DNA of 54,904 nt from Candidatus Fermentibacterota bacterium (GTDB taxonomy: Bacteria; JAFGKV01), in contig JAFGKV010000029.1 of assembly GCA_016928395.1 (NCBI GenBank), positions 1 to 54,904 on the forward strand. Direction: 5' to 3'. Under the pieces are notes generated by a model that saw only the letters and a list, made by a program, of their open reading frames with translations, was not told where the DNA came from and searched no databases. The position numbers and the translations under genes are program-made. This document shows positions 18,231-27,398 of the stretch, piece after piece (the stretch's first letter is position 1; the number at the start of each line of letters is the position of its first letter).

Positions 18231-18551
18231 GTCCGAGTTGATGAAGGCGAGATCCGAAATCGGGTCACGCGGTGTGGCGAAGCCTGCGCCTTGGGGTGAG
18301 TGCGACTGACGCACCAGCGTCTGGCGATCTTCCGCGAACTGGCCCAAAGTGGCGTTCACCCCGACGTTGATGCCATCTGGCAGGCGGTGCGGCAGCGGCT
18401 CCCCACCGTATCGATGGATACCGTGTACCGGCCCCTGTGGCTCCTGAACGACATCGGCGCCATCACCACGCTGAGGCTTCCCCGCGAACGGATCCGCTTC
18501 GATGCCAACATCGGCGTGACCGAAACCGCACGCCACGAATACCTTGACTGA
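18231..18551 (+). pseudogene. Fur/PerR-family regulator pseudogene
   Basis: VRLTHQRLAIF..L.....HP..D.I...VR..LPT+S.DTVYR.L...RFDAN. GGAGG RBS is followed by GTC (no start). In-frame TGA at 18297-18299. The C-terminal HHH/CxxC dimerisation domain is missing. Confidence 0.8.
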
Positions 18552-18603
18552 CTCCTCCGCGAGGAGGAACTTTGACACTGAGTCTCTCACCAAAGGAGGT
18601 ACG

Positions 18604-19320
18604 ATGACCGACGTGAAGAAACCGGAGGGCTGCGTGGCCGCCGCTGCGGGGCCCGTGAGCCCAAAGCCTGCAGCGGCGTCGTCGACATCAATCGATCCAG
18701 CCAGAGAGGAGACACACATGCACGTCACCGTTGGTAAGCCGGCACCTGACTTTGAAGCTGCAGCCTTCTACCAGGGCGGCTTCAAGAACATCAGGCTGTC
18801 AGATTATCTGGGGAAGTGGGTATTCCTCTGCTTTTATCCCGGCGATTTCACATTTGTGTGACCAACGGAATTGTCGGCGGTCGCCGGCAAAGCAGAGGAG
18901 TTCAAGAAGCTCGACGTCCAGGTGCTCTCCTGCAGCACTGATAGCCGTTTTGTCCATAAGATTTGGCAGGAACAGGAACTCTCCAAGATGGTCGACGGAG
19001 GGGTGCCGTTCCCCATGCTCTCCGATGCAGGCGGAAAGATCGGCACGGTCTACGGCGTGTACGACGAAGCCGGGGGCGTCAATGTGCGGGGGAGATTCAT
19101 AATCGACCCTGACGGCATCATCCAGGCCATTGAGATTCTGACACCGCCGGTGGGCCGCAAGGTGGCGGAGTCCATCCGGCAACTCCAGGCATTCCAGCAC
19201 GTGCGCGCCACGAAGGGCGCGGAGGTGTGCCCGGCGGGCTGGGAGCCCGGCAAACCGACCCTGAAGGTGCACCCCGATCTGGCGGGGCGAGTCTGGGAGA
19301 TCTGGAAGCCGGACGAATAG
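18604..19320 (+). CDS. prxU: Selenocysteine-containing 2-Cys-type peroxiredoxin (AhpC/PrxU family), Sec at UGA 18859-18861
   Basis: The two ORF-track pieces are in one frame: [17 protein letters not shown] places UGA at the peroxidatic Cys. Resolving EVCPAGW is present, a SECIS-like hairpin follows the UGA, and AAAGGAGGT precedes ATG 18604. Confidence 0.93.
18871..18890 (+). promoter_or_regulatory. Bacterial SECIS element
   Basis: TTGTCGGC-GGTC-GCCGGCAA forms an 8-bp stem (one G-U) with a G-initiated 4-nt loop starting 17 nt after the UGA. Confidence 0.8.
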
Positions 19321-19340
19321 ACAGGAAGGAGCCTGCATCT

Positions 19341-19841
19341 ATGGGAACCAAAGGTCGATCTATCGTCAAGATGGACATTGGCCGCGTCGTGGAGCTGCTC
19401 AACAAGGCATTCTCCGACGAGTGGCTGGCGTACTATCAATACTGGCTGGGCGCCAAGATCGTGTCCGGCCCCATGAAGGACGCGGTGATTGGCGAGCTCA
19501 TGCAGCATGCGGCCGACGAGCTGCGGCATGCCGACATGGTCTCAACCAGGATCATCCAGTTAGGCGGTACGCCGGTGACCACCCCCAAGGGCTGGTTAGA
19601 GCTCTCCAACTGCGGGTATGACGAGCCGGCGGATCCGTATGTACAAAGGATTCTGGAACAGAACATCGCCGGCGAGCAGTGCGCCATCGGGGTCTATCAG
19701 GCGATCATCGAAGAAGTCGGGCTGAAGGATCCCGTCACGTACAATATCGCGCTGCAGATCCTCAACGATGAGGTCGAGCACGAAGAGGATCTCCAGTCTC
19801 TTCTGGAGGACCTCTCCAGCTTGATCGCACGGCACGGATAG
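19341..19841 (+). CDS. DPS-like (DPSL/thioferritin-type) ferritin-family protein
   Basis: LLNKAFSDEWLAYYQYW, ADELRHAD, RIIQLGGTP, NCGY, GEQCAI..Y and DEVEHEED; two Cys near the di-iron ligands; GGAAGGAG RBS. Confidence 0.9.
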   Translation: MGTKGRSIVKMDIGRVVELLNKAFSDEWLAYYQYWLGAKIVSGPMKDAVIGELMQHAADELRHADMVSTRIIQLGGTPVTTPKGWLELSNCGYDEPADPYVQRILEQNIAGEQCAIGVYQAIIEEVGLKDPVTYNIALQILNDEVEHEEDLQSLLEDLSSLIARHG

Positions 19842-19863
19842 CGCCCCGGGGACTGATTGCCTT

Positions 19864-19894
19864 GGGATGGGCCCGGCCGGGCCCATCCCTTTCT
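19864..19894 (+). terminator. Rho-independent terminator
   Basis: GGGATGGGCCC-GGCC-GGGCCCATCCC followed by TTTCT, about 22 nt after the ferritin stop. Confidence 0.75.
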
Positions 19895-20538
19895 CGATGT
19901 TCGCTCCGCGCGCAGTCTCCCGGGTTCAGGGTCTATAATGTGGAATTATGGAACGATGGAATGACTAAATGATTGGATGACTCGGCCCGCTGCGCGGATA
20001 GTTCTCAGTCATCGGTTGTCAGTAAGGCCGCTGGATGCAACTGCACCCAGGTTTTTCGAGGTGGAGAGGACGGCCGGCAGTCAGCTATCGGCACTCAGCT
20101 ATCAGGCCCGCCCAGCGCTCCGAGGAACCGTTGCCGTCGTAGGGGCGACCGTCTCTGGTCACCCGCAGGGGCGGGGGTCGGTATCGCTCTCGAGAGGCGT
20201 ACCTCCGAGTAAGAGTGCGTGGATGTACTCTCAGACGAGTGGAGCCTCTGGATGCGAAGACACTCAGGGTTTTCACGGTGGAGAGTACACCGAGTTGTGG
20301 CCCCGGCGCTCTGCGCTACTGTCACGTCGCAGAGCGAGGCGAGCGAAGTCGGGGGTGTGAAATTGCGCCTTCTTCATGTCCTTCGTGGTGATCTTCCTTC
20401 TTTGCGGCTGTGCGTGAAGTTACAGCCCATGTCTGGATCGAGGGCTGCCGACCGCCGACTGGAACAAAACGCCGGAATGCTGCGCCACGGTGAGTGCGCG
20501 CGGAACTCCGGCCAGCAGCGCGTGGATCCGGGGAGGAG

Positions 20539-22752
20539 CTACCGGTCGATCCAGACCTGCAGCCACGATGATCCGTCGATCTGGCAGTGCTCGACGCGGA
20601 ATCGATGGGTCCCCGTGCCCACGGTGAAGACCCCTCGATCCTCCCGGGCGAAATGCGGCGTCCAATTCGTGATGACCGGTGCGTCGTTCACGAAAAGCCG
20701 TACGCCGTCATCCGATATGGTGTGGGCGGCATAGGTTCCGGTGGGGAGATTGATGGACGTTTCACAGACCGTGGCGAACCGCTCCGCGGGCACGGCATCG
20801 GTAGGGGCCTTGCCCCCCCACCAGAAGTCGACGGCATCCACCAGCAGCGAATCCAGGGGCGGCGCCGCGATCACAGCCGACCAGTCCTTTGGGAGATCGT
20901 CAGGGCCTGAACGCTCCCAACCAAAGAAGCGAACCCGCCACGGCGCCGAGGCCAGAGAGATCTGGCAATCGACAGGTTCCCCGGCGAGATCTATCTGCAG
21001 CGTGGTCGTCACGAATCCCTGCCGGTGAGGTGTTACCACGATCTCCGCCGGGATTCGCCCGGCCAACGGTTCGACAAACACCGGCCCCGTGACCAGCCCG
21101 ACATTGAAGTAGCCCGGTGGTCCTGTGATGAACACCGTGCCAGTGCCCCACGCCGCAGAGGCCAATGGAAAGAGATGGGGCAGGGAGACATCCACGGGTC
21201 CCCAGTCAGAAATGACAATACTCTGGCGTCCCCGAACCCGATCCGGGGAGAGAAAGGCATCGCCCGTTCCTCGCACAGGAGGCGGAGGAAGCGAGCGCTG
21301 GAAACCGCTGGAATCCGCTTCGGGAGCCGCAGTCAGTGAGTCGGTAATGACGACCTCGCCCTCGAAGTCATGGACGATGGTGAAGTTGGCCCCCAACCTC
21401 ACGGGCTCCCGTGCCTCGTTGTTCACACTCAGCGTGCCCCCAAGAACGGTGTTGCGCCGGAATGAAAGCGCCGGGCAGACAGACCGTACGGTGAGAGAGG
21501 TCTGCAGCGGATTGAACTCGTTTTCCTCGATGCGGATGTCCACCGAGTTGTCGAGCCGGATCGAGGTCGAGTCGGCCTGGAATCGGTTGCGGAGAATCCG
21601 GTACCGCTCCGACCGCGTGTTCTGCGCTCGCCCAAAGGGCAGAGAGTCGAAGTGGGCATTGGAGAAGGCCCACAGCAGTACGCCGACTCTGTTGGCTTCG
21701 AATATATTGCCCTCGATCCAGTTGTCATGGCCGTGCTCGATGGCAATGCCGGCCCGGGCGCACCGCGAAATCACATTCTCCACGATGTCGGTATTGTAGG
21801 AATACCCTGCCCAGATGCCGTACTCACATTCGTCCATGGTGTTCGCGATGAAGCGGTTGCCGTCGGAGAAGGTCGCCTCGATACCATTGGCCACGGCGTG
21901 GGAGAAGTCATTGCCATAAAGCAGATTCCGGTTGGAACCGCCGGTGCCGGTCCGCTCAAGCGTTTCGTGACCGGCGTAGAGAAAAAACCCGTCACCGCCA
22001 TGGGTCGCGCTGTTGAACGCAAACACATTATCGGAACACTGCTCGAACACCAAAATGCCTGCGGAATCCTGCCCGCGACGATACAGGTCGTGGCTGTAGC
22101 CTCTGACGCAGTAGTCGAAGCGGTTACGGCTGACCTCATTACTGCACGACCGCCACATCCCCAGGCCCCATCCCGACATGAACGACATGTCGTTGTCATA
22201 GACAAAGGAGCTGTCGGTTCTGGAGAGGATGATGCCGTTCTGGCCGTCGTGGCCGGTATTGCCTTCGACCACAACGCCAAGGCAGCGATCCAGGTAGATA
22301 CCTGCACCGTAGTTCGTCATCCACTCGTCTTCGTCATTGTGATGGGGCCACAACCAATCGACTAGATTCTCCCGCACAGGCGTCGAGTGCAGCCGCTGCC
22401 GGTAGTTTTCGGAGACATCGCACCCCTGGATGACCAGGCTGGTGCATGCACGGGCAAGAATGCCGACCTTGAAGCCCCGGATAGCAGCATTGGCAATGCG
22501 TACGTCGCGTACCCCCTCCGCCACGACGGCAACGCCATCGAACTCATCGGCTGCGCGGTCGGCCTGGGAACTTCTCAGCACCACGCCGGCAAGATCAAGT
22601 ATCGCTCCGTCCTCCACGACGCGGATCGGCTGAGAGATGACATAGGTCCCCGGCGATACCACCGTCGAACCACGGATTTCCATTCCATCGGTCAGCGGAA
22701 CAGCCCACGCAGCCACGGGAATCAACGCGGATAGAAACACCCGATACCGCAT
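20539..22752 (-). CDS. Secreted right-handed parallel beta-helix (NosD/CASH-like) protein with C-terminal PA14 domain
   Basis: Signal peptide MRYRVFL..AAWA; repeated G(I/L).L....N.+..N strands; PA14 motifs VDFWWG, SDDGVRLFVND..VI.NWT and FRVEH. GGGAG RBS before ATG 22752. Confidence 0.85.
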   Translation of the reverse strand: MRYRVFLSALIPVAAWAVPLTDGMEIRGSTVVSPGTYVISQPIRVVEDGAILDLAGVVLRSSQADRAADEFDGVAVVAEGVRDVRIANAAIRGFKVGILARACTSLVIQGCDVSENYRQRLHSTPVRENLVDWLWPHHNDEDEWMTNYGAGIYLDRCLGVVVEGNTGHDGQNGIILSRTDSSFVYDNDMSFMSGWGLGMWRSCSNEVSRNRFDYCVRGYSHDLYRRGQDSAGILVFEQCSDNVFAFNSATHGGDGFFLYAGHETLERTGTGGSNRNLLYGNDFSHAVANGIEATFSDGNRFIANTMDECEYGIWAGYSYNTDIVENVISRCARAGIAIEHGHDNWIEGNIFEANRVGVLLWAFSNAHFDSLPFGRAQNTRSERYRILRNRFQADSTSIRLDNSVDIRIEENEFNPLQTSLTVRSVCPALSFRRNTVLGGTLSVNNEAREPVRLGANFTIVHDFEGEVVITDSLTAAPEADSSGFQRSLPPPPVRGTGDAFLSPDRVRGRQSIVISDWGPVDVSLPHLFPLASAAWGTGTVFITGPPGYFNVGLVTGPVFVEPLAGRIPAEIVVTPHRQGFVTTTLQIDLAGEPVDCQISLASAPWRVRFFGWERSGPDDLPKDWSAVIAAPPLDSLLVDAVDFWWGGKAPTDAVPAERFATVCETSINLPTGTYAAHTISDDGVRLFVNDAPVITNWTPHFAREDRGVFTVGTGTHRFRVEHCQIDGSSWLQVWIDR

Positions 22753-22825
22753 GGTTCTCTCCCTTGGTGTTCGCCTCATGTGACCGTGGCCGCGAAACAG
22801 TTCGTTTGTCCGGGTGCAGCCATGC

Positions 22826-23251
22826 CTACGATGCCTCCCACACCTCCGGGTTCATGGACGCCATGGACTGAAGCTCGATGCGGTAGGGCTTCACCACGAG
22901 AACGGCGAGGTTGGGATCGTCAGGCCCGCTGAAGTAGACCTTGAGGCCATCGTGCCAAATGCGAAGGCGATCAACTTCATCGGTGCTCACCCGCGCCGTG
23001 GCTTGGATCTGGAGGTAGTCCTGGGCCTCGGCCAGAGAGCTGACACCACAGCTGATGTGTACCTCGGGAAAGCGGGCTATGTGGGAGGCCTTCCGCGACG
23101 TGGCAAATGTCGCGATACGCATGGTAAGGTCATCTTCGGTTACCGCAGTCACGTAGCGCACCCACGGCCTCCCGCCTTCACTTACCGTGGCGAGGTTGAC
23201 AAGCTGGGCGCCACCGAGTTTCTGTCTTATCCTTGCACGTAAGTCCGGCAT
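22826..23251 (-). CDS. Pyridoxamine-5'-phosphate oxidase-like FMN-binding protein (general stress protein 26 type)
   Basis: LATVSEGGRPWVR, T..SRK..I..P.V and W...LK.YF.GPDDP..L.+.P; AAAGGAGAG RBS. Confidence 0.85.
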   Translation of the reverse strand: MPDLRARIRQKLGGAQLVNLATVSEGGRPWVRYVTAVTEDDLTMRIATFATSRKASHIARFPEVHISCGVSSLAEAQDYLQIQATARVSTDEVDRLRIWHDGLKVYFSGPDDPNLAVLVVKPYRIELQSMASMNPEVWEAS

Positions 23252-23487
23252 AGTCTCTCCTTTCGTGCATGCACGTATCCTGCAAGATTAGCCCCCCGAC
23301 GGTGCGAACGCAACGAATCGGTGGGCATTCCCCCCACCACGGGGAACGCACAGCAGGGCTACGCGACGGTTCTGCAGGCTGTTCTCAGCGTGGGCCGTCG
23401 ATGTTTCGCCCGGTGAGTGTTCGAGACGGAGGAGATCGTTGGCACAGCCGGCCCTGCAAACAGCGGTCGGGCAAAGGAGGTGTGCTC

Positions 23488-24462
23488 ATGCATCGGTTGA
23501 TCTGGGTTTTGGTGACTCTGGAGCTCATTGCGGGTGCCGCATCCGCAACCGAGCCGGTCGCGACGTTCTCCATCGTGGCCTTCGACTCCGTCACCGGCGA
23601 TCTCGGCGTGGCCGTGCAATCAAAGTTCTTCGCGGTCGGCGCGGTGGTGCCTTGGGCACGGGCCGGGGTCGGCGCCATTGCCAGCCAGGCCTACGGCAAT
23701 CCCGCGTATGGGCCCCGGGGTCTCGATCTGCTGACATCGGGGCTTGTGGTGAAGGAGGTCATTGACGAGCTGTTGTCCGGCGATCCTCAGCGAGAACAGC
23801 GCCAGCTCGGCATCGTCGATGGTATGGGCCGCAGCGCCGCCTTCACCGGTGCTGAGTGCCTGGCATGGGCTGGGCACAGAGCGGGCAAGGGTTTCTCCGT
23901 TCAGGGAAACATCCTGGTCAGCGAGGCGACGGTTGCCGTTATGGCCGAGGCTTTCAGTTCGACGGACGACCTGCTAGGTGAGCGGCTGATGCGGGCCTTG
24001 GAGGCGGGGCAGCAAGCCGGAGGTGATTCCCGGGGCATGCAGTCGGCAGCGATGCTCATCGTGCGGAAAGCGGGCGGCTACGGCGGCTACAATGATCGCT
24101 ACTGTGATCTGCGAGTAGACGACCATGAGAACCCCATCGCCGAATTGCGGCGGATCTTCGATATCTGGAAGGTGCAGGCCCTGATCACCGAAGGGTATGT
24201 GCGAGCTGAAGCGGGTGATACCGAAGGCGCAATCTCTCTCGGTCACCGGGCGGTCATGGCCGACTCAGTCTCCGGAGAGCCCCACTATCACGTGGCCTGC
24301 TACTTCTCAAAGGCCGGCAGACGTGAAGAAGCACTGGGGAGTCTGGCCCAGGCCATCAGGCGAGACTCGACGCTGGCTCGCCGTGCGCCCGAGGATCCTG
24401 ACTTCGCGCCTCTCAGGGCGGATCCGCGTTTCATCGCAATGACGTCGTTGCCGAAGCCGTGA
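23488..24462 (+). CDS. Exported DUF1028 (Ntn-hydrolase-like) protein with C-terminal TPR
   Basis: ATFSIVA..TGDLGVAVQSKF.AVG..VPWA, RQLGIVD, QGNIL, GGDSRG.QSAA and DLRVDDH; C-terminal YHVACY...DPDF..LR.DPRF. AAGGAGG RBS. Confidence 0.9.
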   Translation: MHRLIWVLVTLELIAGAASATEPVATFSIVAFDSVTGDLGVAVQSKFFAVGAVVPWARAGVGAIASQAYGNPAYGPRGLDLLTSGLVVKEVIDELLSGDPQREQRQLGIVDGMGRSAAFTGAECLAWAGHRAGKGFSVQGNILVSEATVAVMAEAFSSTDDLLGERLMRALEAGQQAGGDSRGMQSAAMLIVRKAGGYGGYNDRYCDLRVDDHENPIAELRRIFDIWKVQALITEGYVRAEAGDTEGAISLGHRAVMADSVSGEPHYHVACYFSKAGRREEALGSLAQAIRRDSTLARRAPEDPDFAPLRADPRFIAMTSLPKP

Positions 24463-25169
24463 TCACCACTGTGGAGCCCTTTGCACCGTTCACTCCGGCG
24501 TTCCACGTTGCGCACCGGCATGGACGCCTGAGAGCAGTCTATCTTCCGAAGGACGCCGTACGCACAAACGAGGAGGATTTGAGCCATCTCGATACCGAGG
24601 AACGGAACCATGCAGAGCATCTTCCGCCCCGGCGACGAGTCCAGTTCGTCGGAGGCCGGCTGGCCATGCGCGCCCTCCTGGATGAATCTGCCGTCGCTTC
24701 ATGGGCCGTACTCTCCCTTTCGTCGGGCGCGCCGCTACTGCCCCCGGGATTCACGGGGTCCATCAGTCACACGAAGGGCCTGGCAGTAGCCATCCTTGCC
24801 CGCGGAGACCATGGTCTGGGCATTGACGTCGAAGACGTGACCCGGTGCTGCCGTGACGTGGGCCGCCATGTTCTGTGCGACGATGAACGGGAAGCCCTGG
24901 CCGGCCTTTCGGAATCAGAACGGTGGTCTCAAACCCTCCTACGTTTCTCCCACAAGGAGTCGCTCTACAAGGCGCTGAACCCTCTGCTTGGGAGATGGAT
25001 AGGTTTCCGGGAGCTGGCGGTATGGCCCAGGGACGATGGGACGGCCGACGTCGACTCCCGGGCCGATGACCTCAGCCAGTTTCCGCTTGAGGCGGCGTGG
25101 CTCACGGTCGACCGGTGGATCCTCACCACCGCGGTTGCCCGGCGACAGGGTGGTGCACTGACACGGTGA
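24459..25169 (+). CDS. 4'-phosphopantetheinyl transferase (EntD/Sfp-type)
   Basis: RR.QF..GR, GAP.LP.G..GSISH, GLGIDVE and FS.KESLYKA motifs; GTGA overlap with the upstream gene. Confidence 0.9.
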   Translation: MITTVEPFAPFTPAFHVAHRHGRLRAVYLPKDAVRTNEEDLSHLDTEERNHAEHLPPRRRVQFVGGRLAMRALLDESAVASWAVLSLSSGAPLLPPGFTGSISHTKGLAVAILARGDHGLGIDVEDVTRCCRDVGRHVLCDDEREALAGLSESERWSQTLLRFSHKESLYKALNPLLGRWIGFRELAVWPRDDGTADVDSRADDLSQFPLEAAWLTVDRWILTTAVARRQGGALTR

Positions 25170-25206
25170 GACACAAACGGGAGGGCACGCCCTGCCTCCC
25201 AAAAGA

Positions 25207-25244
25207 CAACGGCTGCCGCCGGGACTCGCCGATGGCAGCCGTTG
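25207..25244. terminator. Hairpin between convergent genes (probable terminator)
   Basis: CAACGGCTGCC...GGCAGCCGTTG 11-bp stem; the A-run at 25201-25204 gives a U-tract on the minus strand. Confidence 0.6.
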
Positions 25245-25257
25245 CTGAGAAGACCGG

Positions 25258-26508
25258 TCAGTTTACCAGCCAGTAGACGAAGTCAACGATCCCCTCGGGG
25301 GCATTGCTGGCAACATGGAAGCCTGCGCCCGGCAGAATACCGTCGATCCACCATACTCCAGCCGGAGGCCCGCCAGGGACCGACCCTGGGTAGGCGACCA
25401 TTGTCGGGAAAACCCAGATAAGGCTCATTGGGGTCACGTTGATGTCGGGGATGAACACCGAACTCGCACCCGCGCCCGAGGGGCTTCCGGGATTCCACAT
25501 CACCGGCCCTGGGAGCGCCATGGATGCGACATTGGCCGGCCCCATGCCCGGGCTAAGCAGCATCGGGTTCAGCCCGGGGTTGAACCCGGCCGCCGTGAGA
25601 TGACCCTGCCCGATGATGAGGGCGATGTCGTCTCCTGCCCCCGGCGCCGACGGACCACCCGGATGGTAGAACTCACCACCGGCGGCGTTGGGGCCATCGG
25701 CCATGCCGTAGACTCCGGCAGCCAGCGGCATGCCCATGGGCGAGAACTGGGGCTCCGCGGCGCACCCGATGGCGCCCTCGACCAGGGCATTGCCGTCAAC
25801 GCCAAAGACGCCTTCGCGCTCGGTGCCCAGCGATCCGAATCGCGGCATACCCATCTGAGCGCCCAGCGCTCCGACCTTGCTCGATCCTCGGGTCAGTCCG
25901 CCCATGTCTGTGCTGGAAATCGCACCCGTGGTACTGCTGACGGTATTGCGGCCACGGATGACATCGACTCCGTCGGTGATGCCGGTCCCGTGGAAGGCCG
26001 TTGAATCGACCGCTACCTTGAACCCCTGATAGCCTCCCTGAATGCTGAGGGCAAAGAGGCCCGCGGCATTGTTCCAGGTCTCATTCAGATGGTCATGGCC
26101 GGCCAGGGCATAGCCGCTGCCGTCGATGCCGTCCAGCGTGGCTGCATCAAAGGCCCACGGCACGCTGGTCAGCTTGACCCGGGGCGTGATCACCGTGGAG
26201 CCGACGGTGCTCTCCACCCAGAGGGATGCATTGTTGGCGAACAAGGTGTCGGGCAGCGCAGTCGTTGAGCCCAGCACAACATCAAACACACCATCGGTGA
26301 CGGTGATGCTGCTATGCGTCTCCGTCCACAGGCTCGTGCCGCCGGTGGAGGAGGCATATATGTCGAAGGTTATGGCCACGGTGCTGTCGATAGGGTCGCC
26401 ACCGGCGTAGGTAAGCTGACCCTGGAAGTTGGTTTCCTGACGGGAGGAGCCCCAGGCCGCCGCGCAAATGATTGCCAGAACGCCCACGCCGATGATAACC
26501 TGCTTCAT
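25258..26508 (-). CDS. Exported Gly/Pro-rich protein sharing the N-domain of the 840..3146 protein
   Basis: AAGGAG RBS and MKQVIIG signal peptide; NFQGQLT..GG.P......F.IY....GGT.LW.E...V.DGVF.V.LGS, PRVKLTSVPWA and A.TLDG.D...YA...H.H; GVYG-type repeats. Confidence 0.8.
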   Translation of the reverse strand: MKQVIIGVGVLAIICAAAWGSSRQETNFQGQLTYAGGDPIDSTVAITFDIYASSTGGTSLWTETHSSITVTDGVFDVVLGSTTALPDTLFANNASLWVESTVGSTVITPRVKLTSVPWAFDAATLDGIDGSGYALAGHDHLNETWNNAAGLFALSIQGGYQGFKVAVDSTAFHGTGITDGVDVIRGRNTVSSTTGAISSTDMGGLTRGSSKVGALGAQMGMPRFGSLGTEREGVFGVDGNALVEGAIGCAAEPQFSPMGMPLAAGVYGMADGPNAAGGEFYHPGGPSAPGAGDDIALIIGQGHLTAAGFNPGLNPMLLSPGMGPANVASMALPGPVMWNPGSPSGAGASSVFIPDINVTPMSLIWVFPTMVAYPGSVPGGPPAGVWWIDGILPGAGFHVASNAPEGIVDFVYWLVN

Positions 26509-27119
26509 CGTACACTCCTTCCTGTTGACCCCGGTTGAGACGGCACATCGAAGCCGTTCTTTAAAAGGGTTCCCGTACTTGAGAAATCGTGCTCGCCGAC
26601 GGTGTTGGACGGTGCGCCCTCGCCGCCCGAACTCCACGCGCGAACCCGATACGAATAGTCCACGGAGGTGTCGCCAATGCCGGTGGTGACCGTCAGCGTT
26701 GTGTCCGGCGCGTTGACGACGGTCCATGGGGCGCCGGTGGCATCGAAGTAGGCAACGCTCTCACGAAACACCCTGTACGCATCGGCGTAGGGCGTGGTGG
26801 TCCAGGTGAGTACTGCACTGGTGCTGGTGGCCAGAGAGATGAGAAGGGTATCCACTGAACCAGGGGTTACTTCAGGTAGGATCGAGTACCAGAACCCGAC
26901 GTTTTCGCAGAACGACCCGGCCGCCGTCCGTCCGATGCCGGACCCCTGGCCGACCGTGGCATTGAGCCGGAACACCCCGCCCGTGCCGGGTGCACCTCCC
27001 GCTGACACCACCGTGGCCTGCTGCTGAATCGTCTGACAGTGGGCCGCAGGGGGGGCCACTAGTACTGTGACGAGTACGGCCACACCGATGCATGGCCCTC
27101 TGGGCAGCCAACGACGCAT
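26505..27119 (-). CDS. Exported protein with small beta domain plus fibronectin-III-like domain
   Basis: AGGAGG RBS; signal peptide; VSAGG......F.L.ATVGQ...GFW; L.W......Y.V.R....Y.Y.VRA......SN; ATGA-coupled to 26508. Confidence 0.7.
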   Translation of the reverse strand: MRRWLPRGPCIGVAVLVTVLVAPPAAHCQTIQQQATVVSAGGAPGTGGVFRLNATVGQGSGIGRTAAGSFCENVGFWYSILPEVTPGSVDTLLISLATSTSAVLTWTTTPYADAYRVFRESVAYFDATGAPWTVVNAPDTTLTVTTGIGDTSVDYSYRVRAWSSGGEGAPSNTVGEHDFSSTGTLLKNGFDVPSQPGSTGRSVR

Positions 27120-27398
27120 GGAGCACCTCCTTTCAGGGCGATAACTGCGTCTGATGGGAGCACAGGGTAAATGAAACGGTGGGCCGCTCTATGGTCAACC
27201 GTCAAGGCCCAGATCTGGGATGGGAAGACGTATCAGGCTGAACTGAAGTCTGCCGGATCTCCCATTGTCACCGCCGTGTTGACTGAGGTGGTCAAGGAAT
27301 GGTTGACGTACATGGCGCCGTGTCCCGATACTTGGCGTGCCTCTCAGTCGTTGTTCTCCACGATGACTCTCTCCCTCGGCACGAAAGGAGTGCGACAT

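Noticed and set aside
18297-18299. TGA in the fur/perR frame as a second selenocysteine
   Set aside because: It aligns to a Gly position rather than Cys, no clear SECIS follows, and the gene has other inactivating lesions.
27171-27398. N-terminal extension of the ankyrin ORF, and similar long extensions at 12906, 19227, 23269, 26727, 40651 and 47991
   Set aside because: Better starts, with an RBS, signal peptide or family-typical N-terminus, lie downstream.
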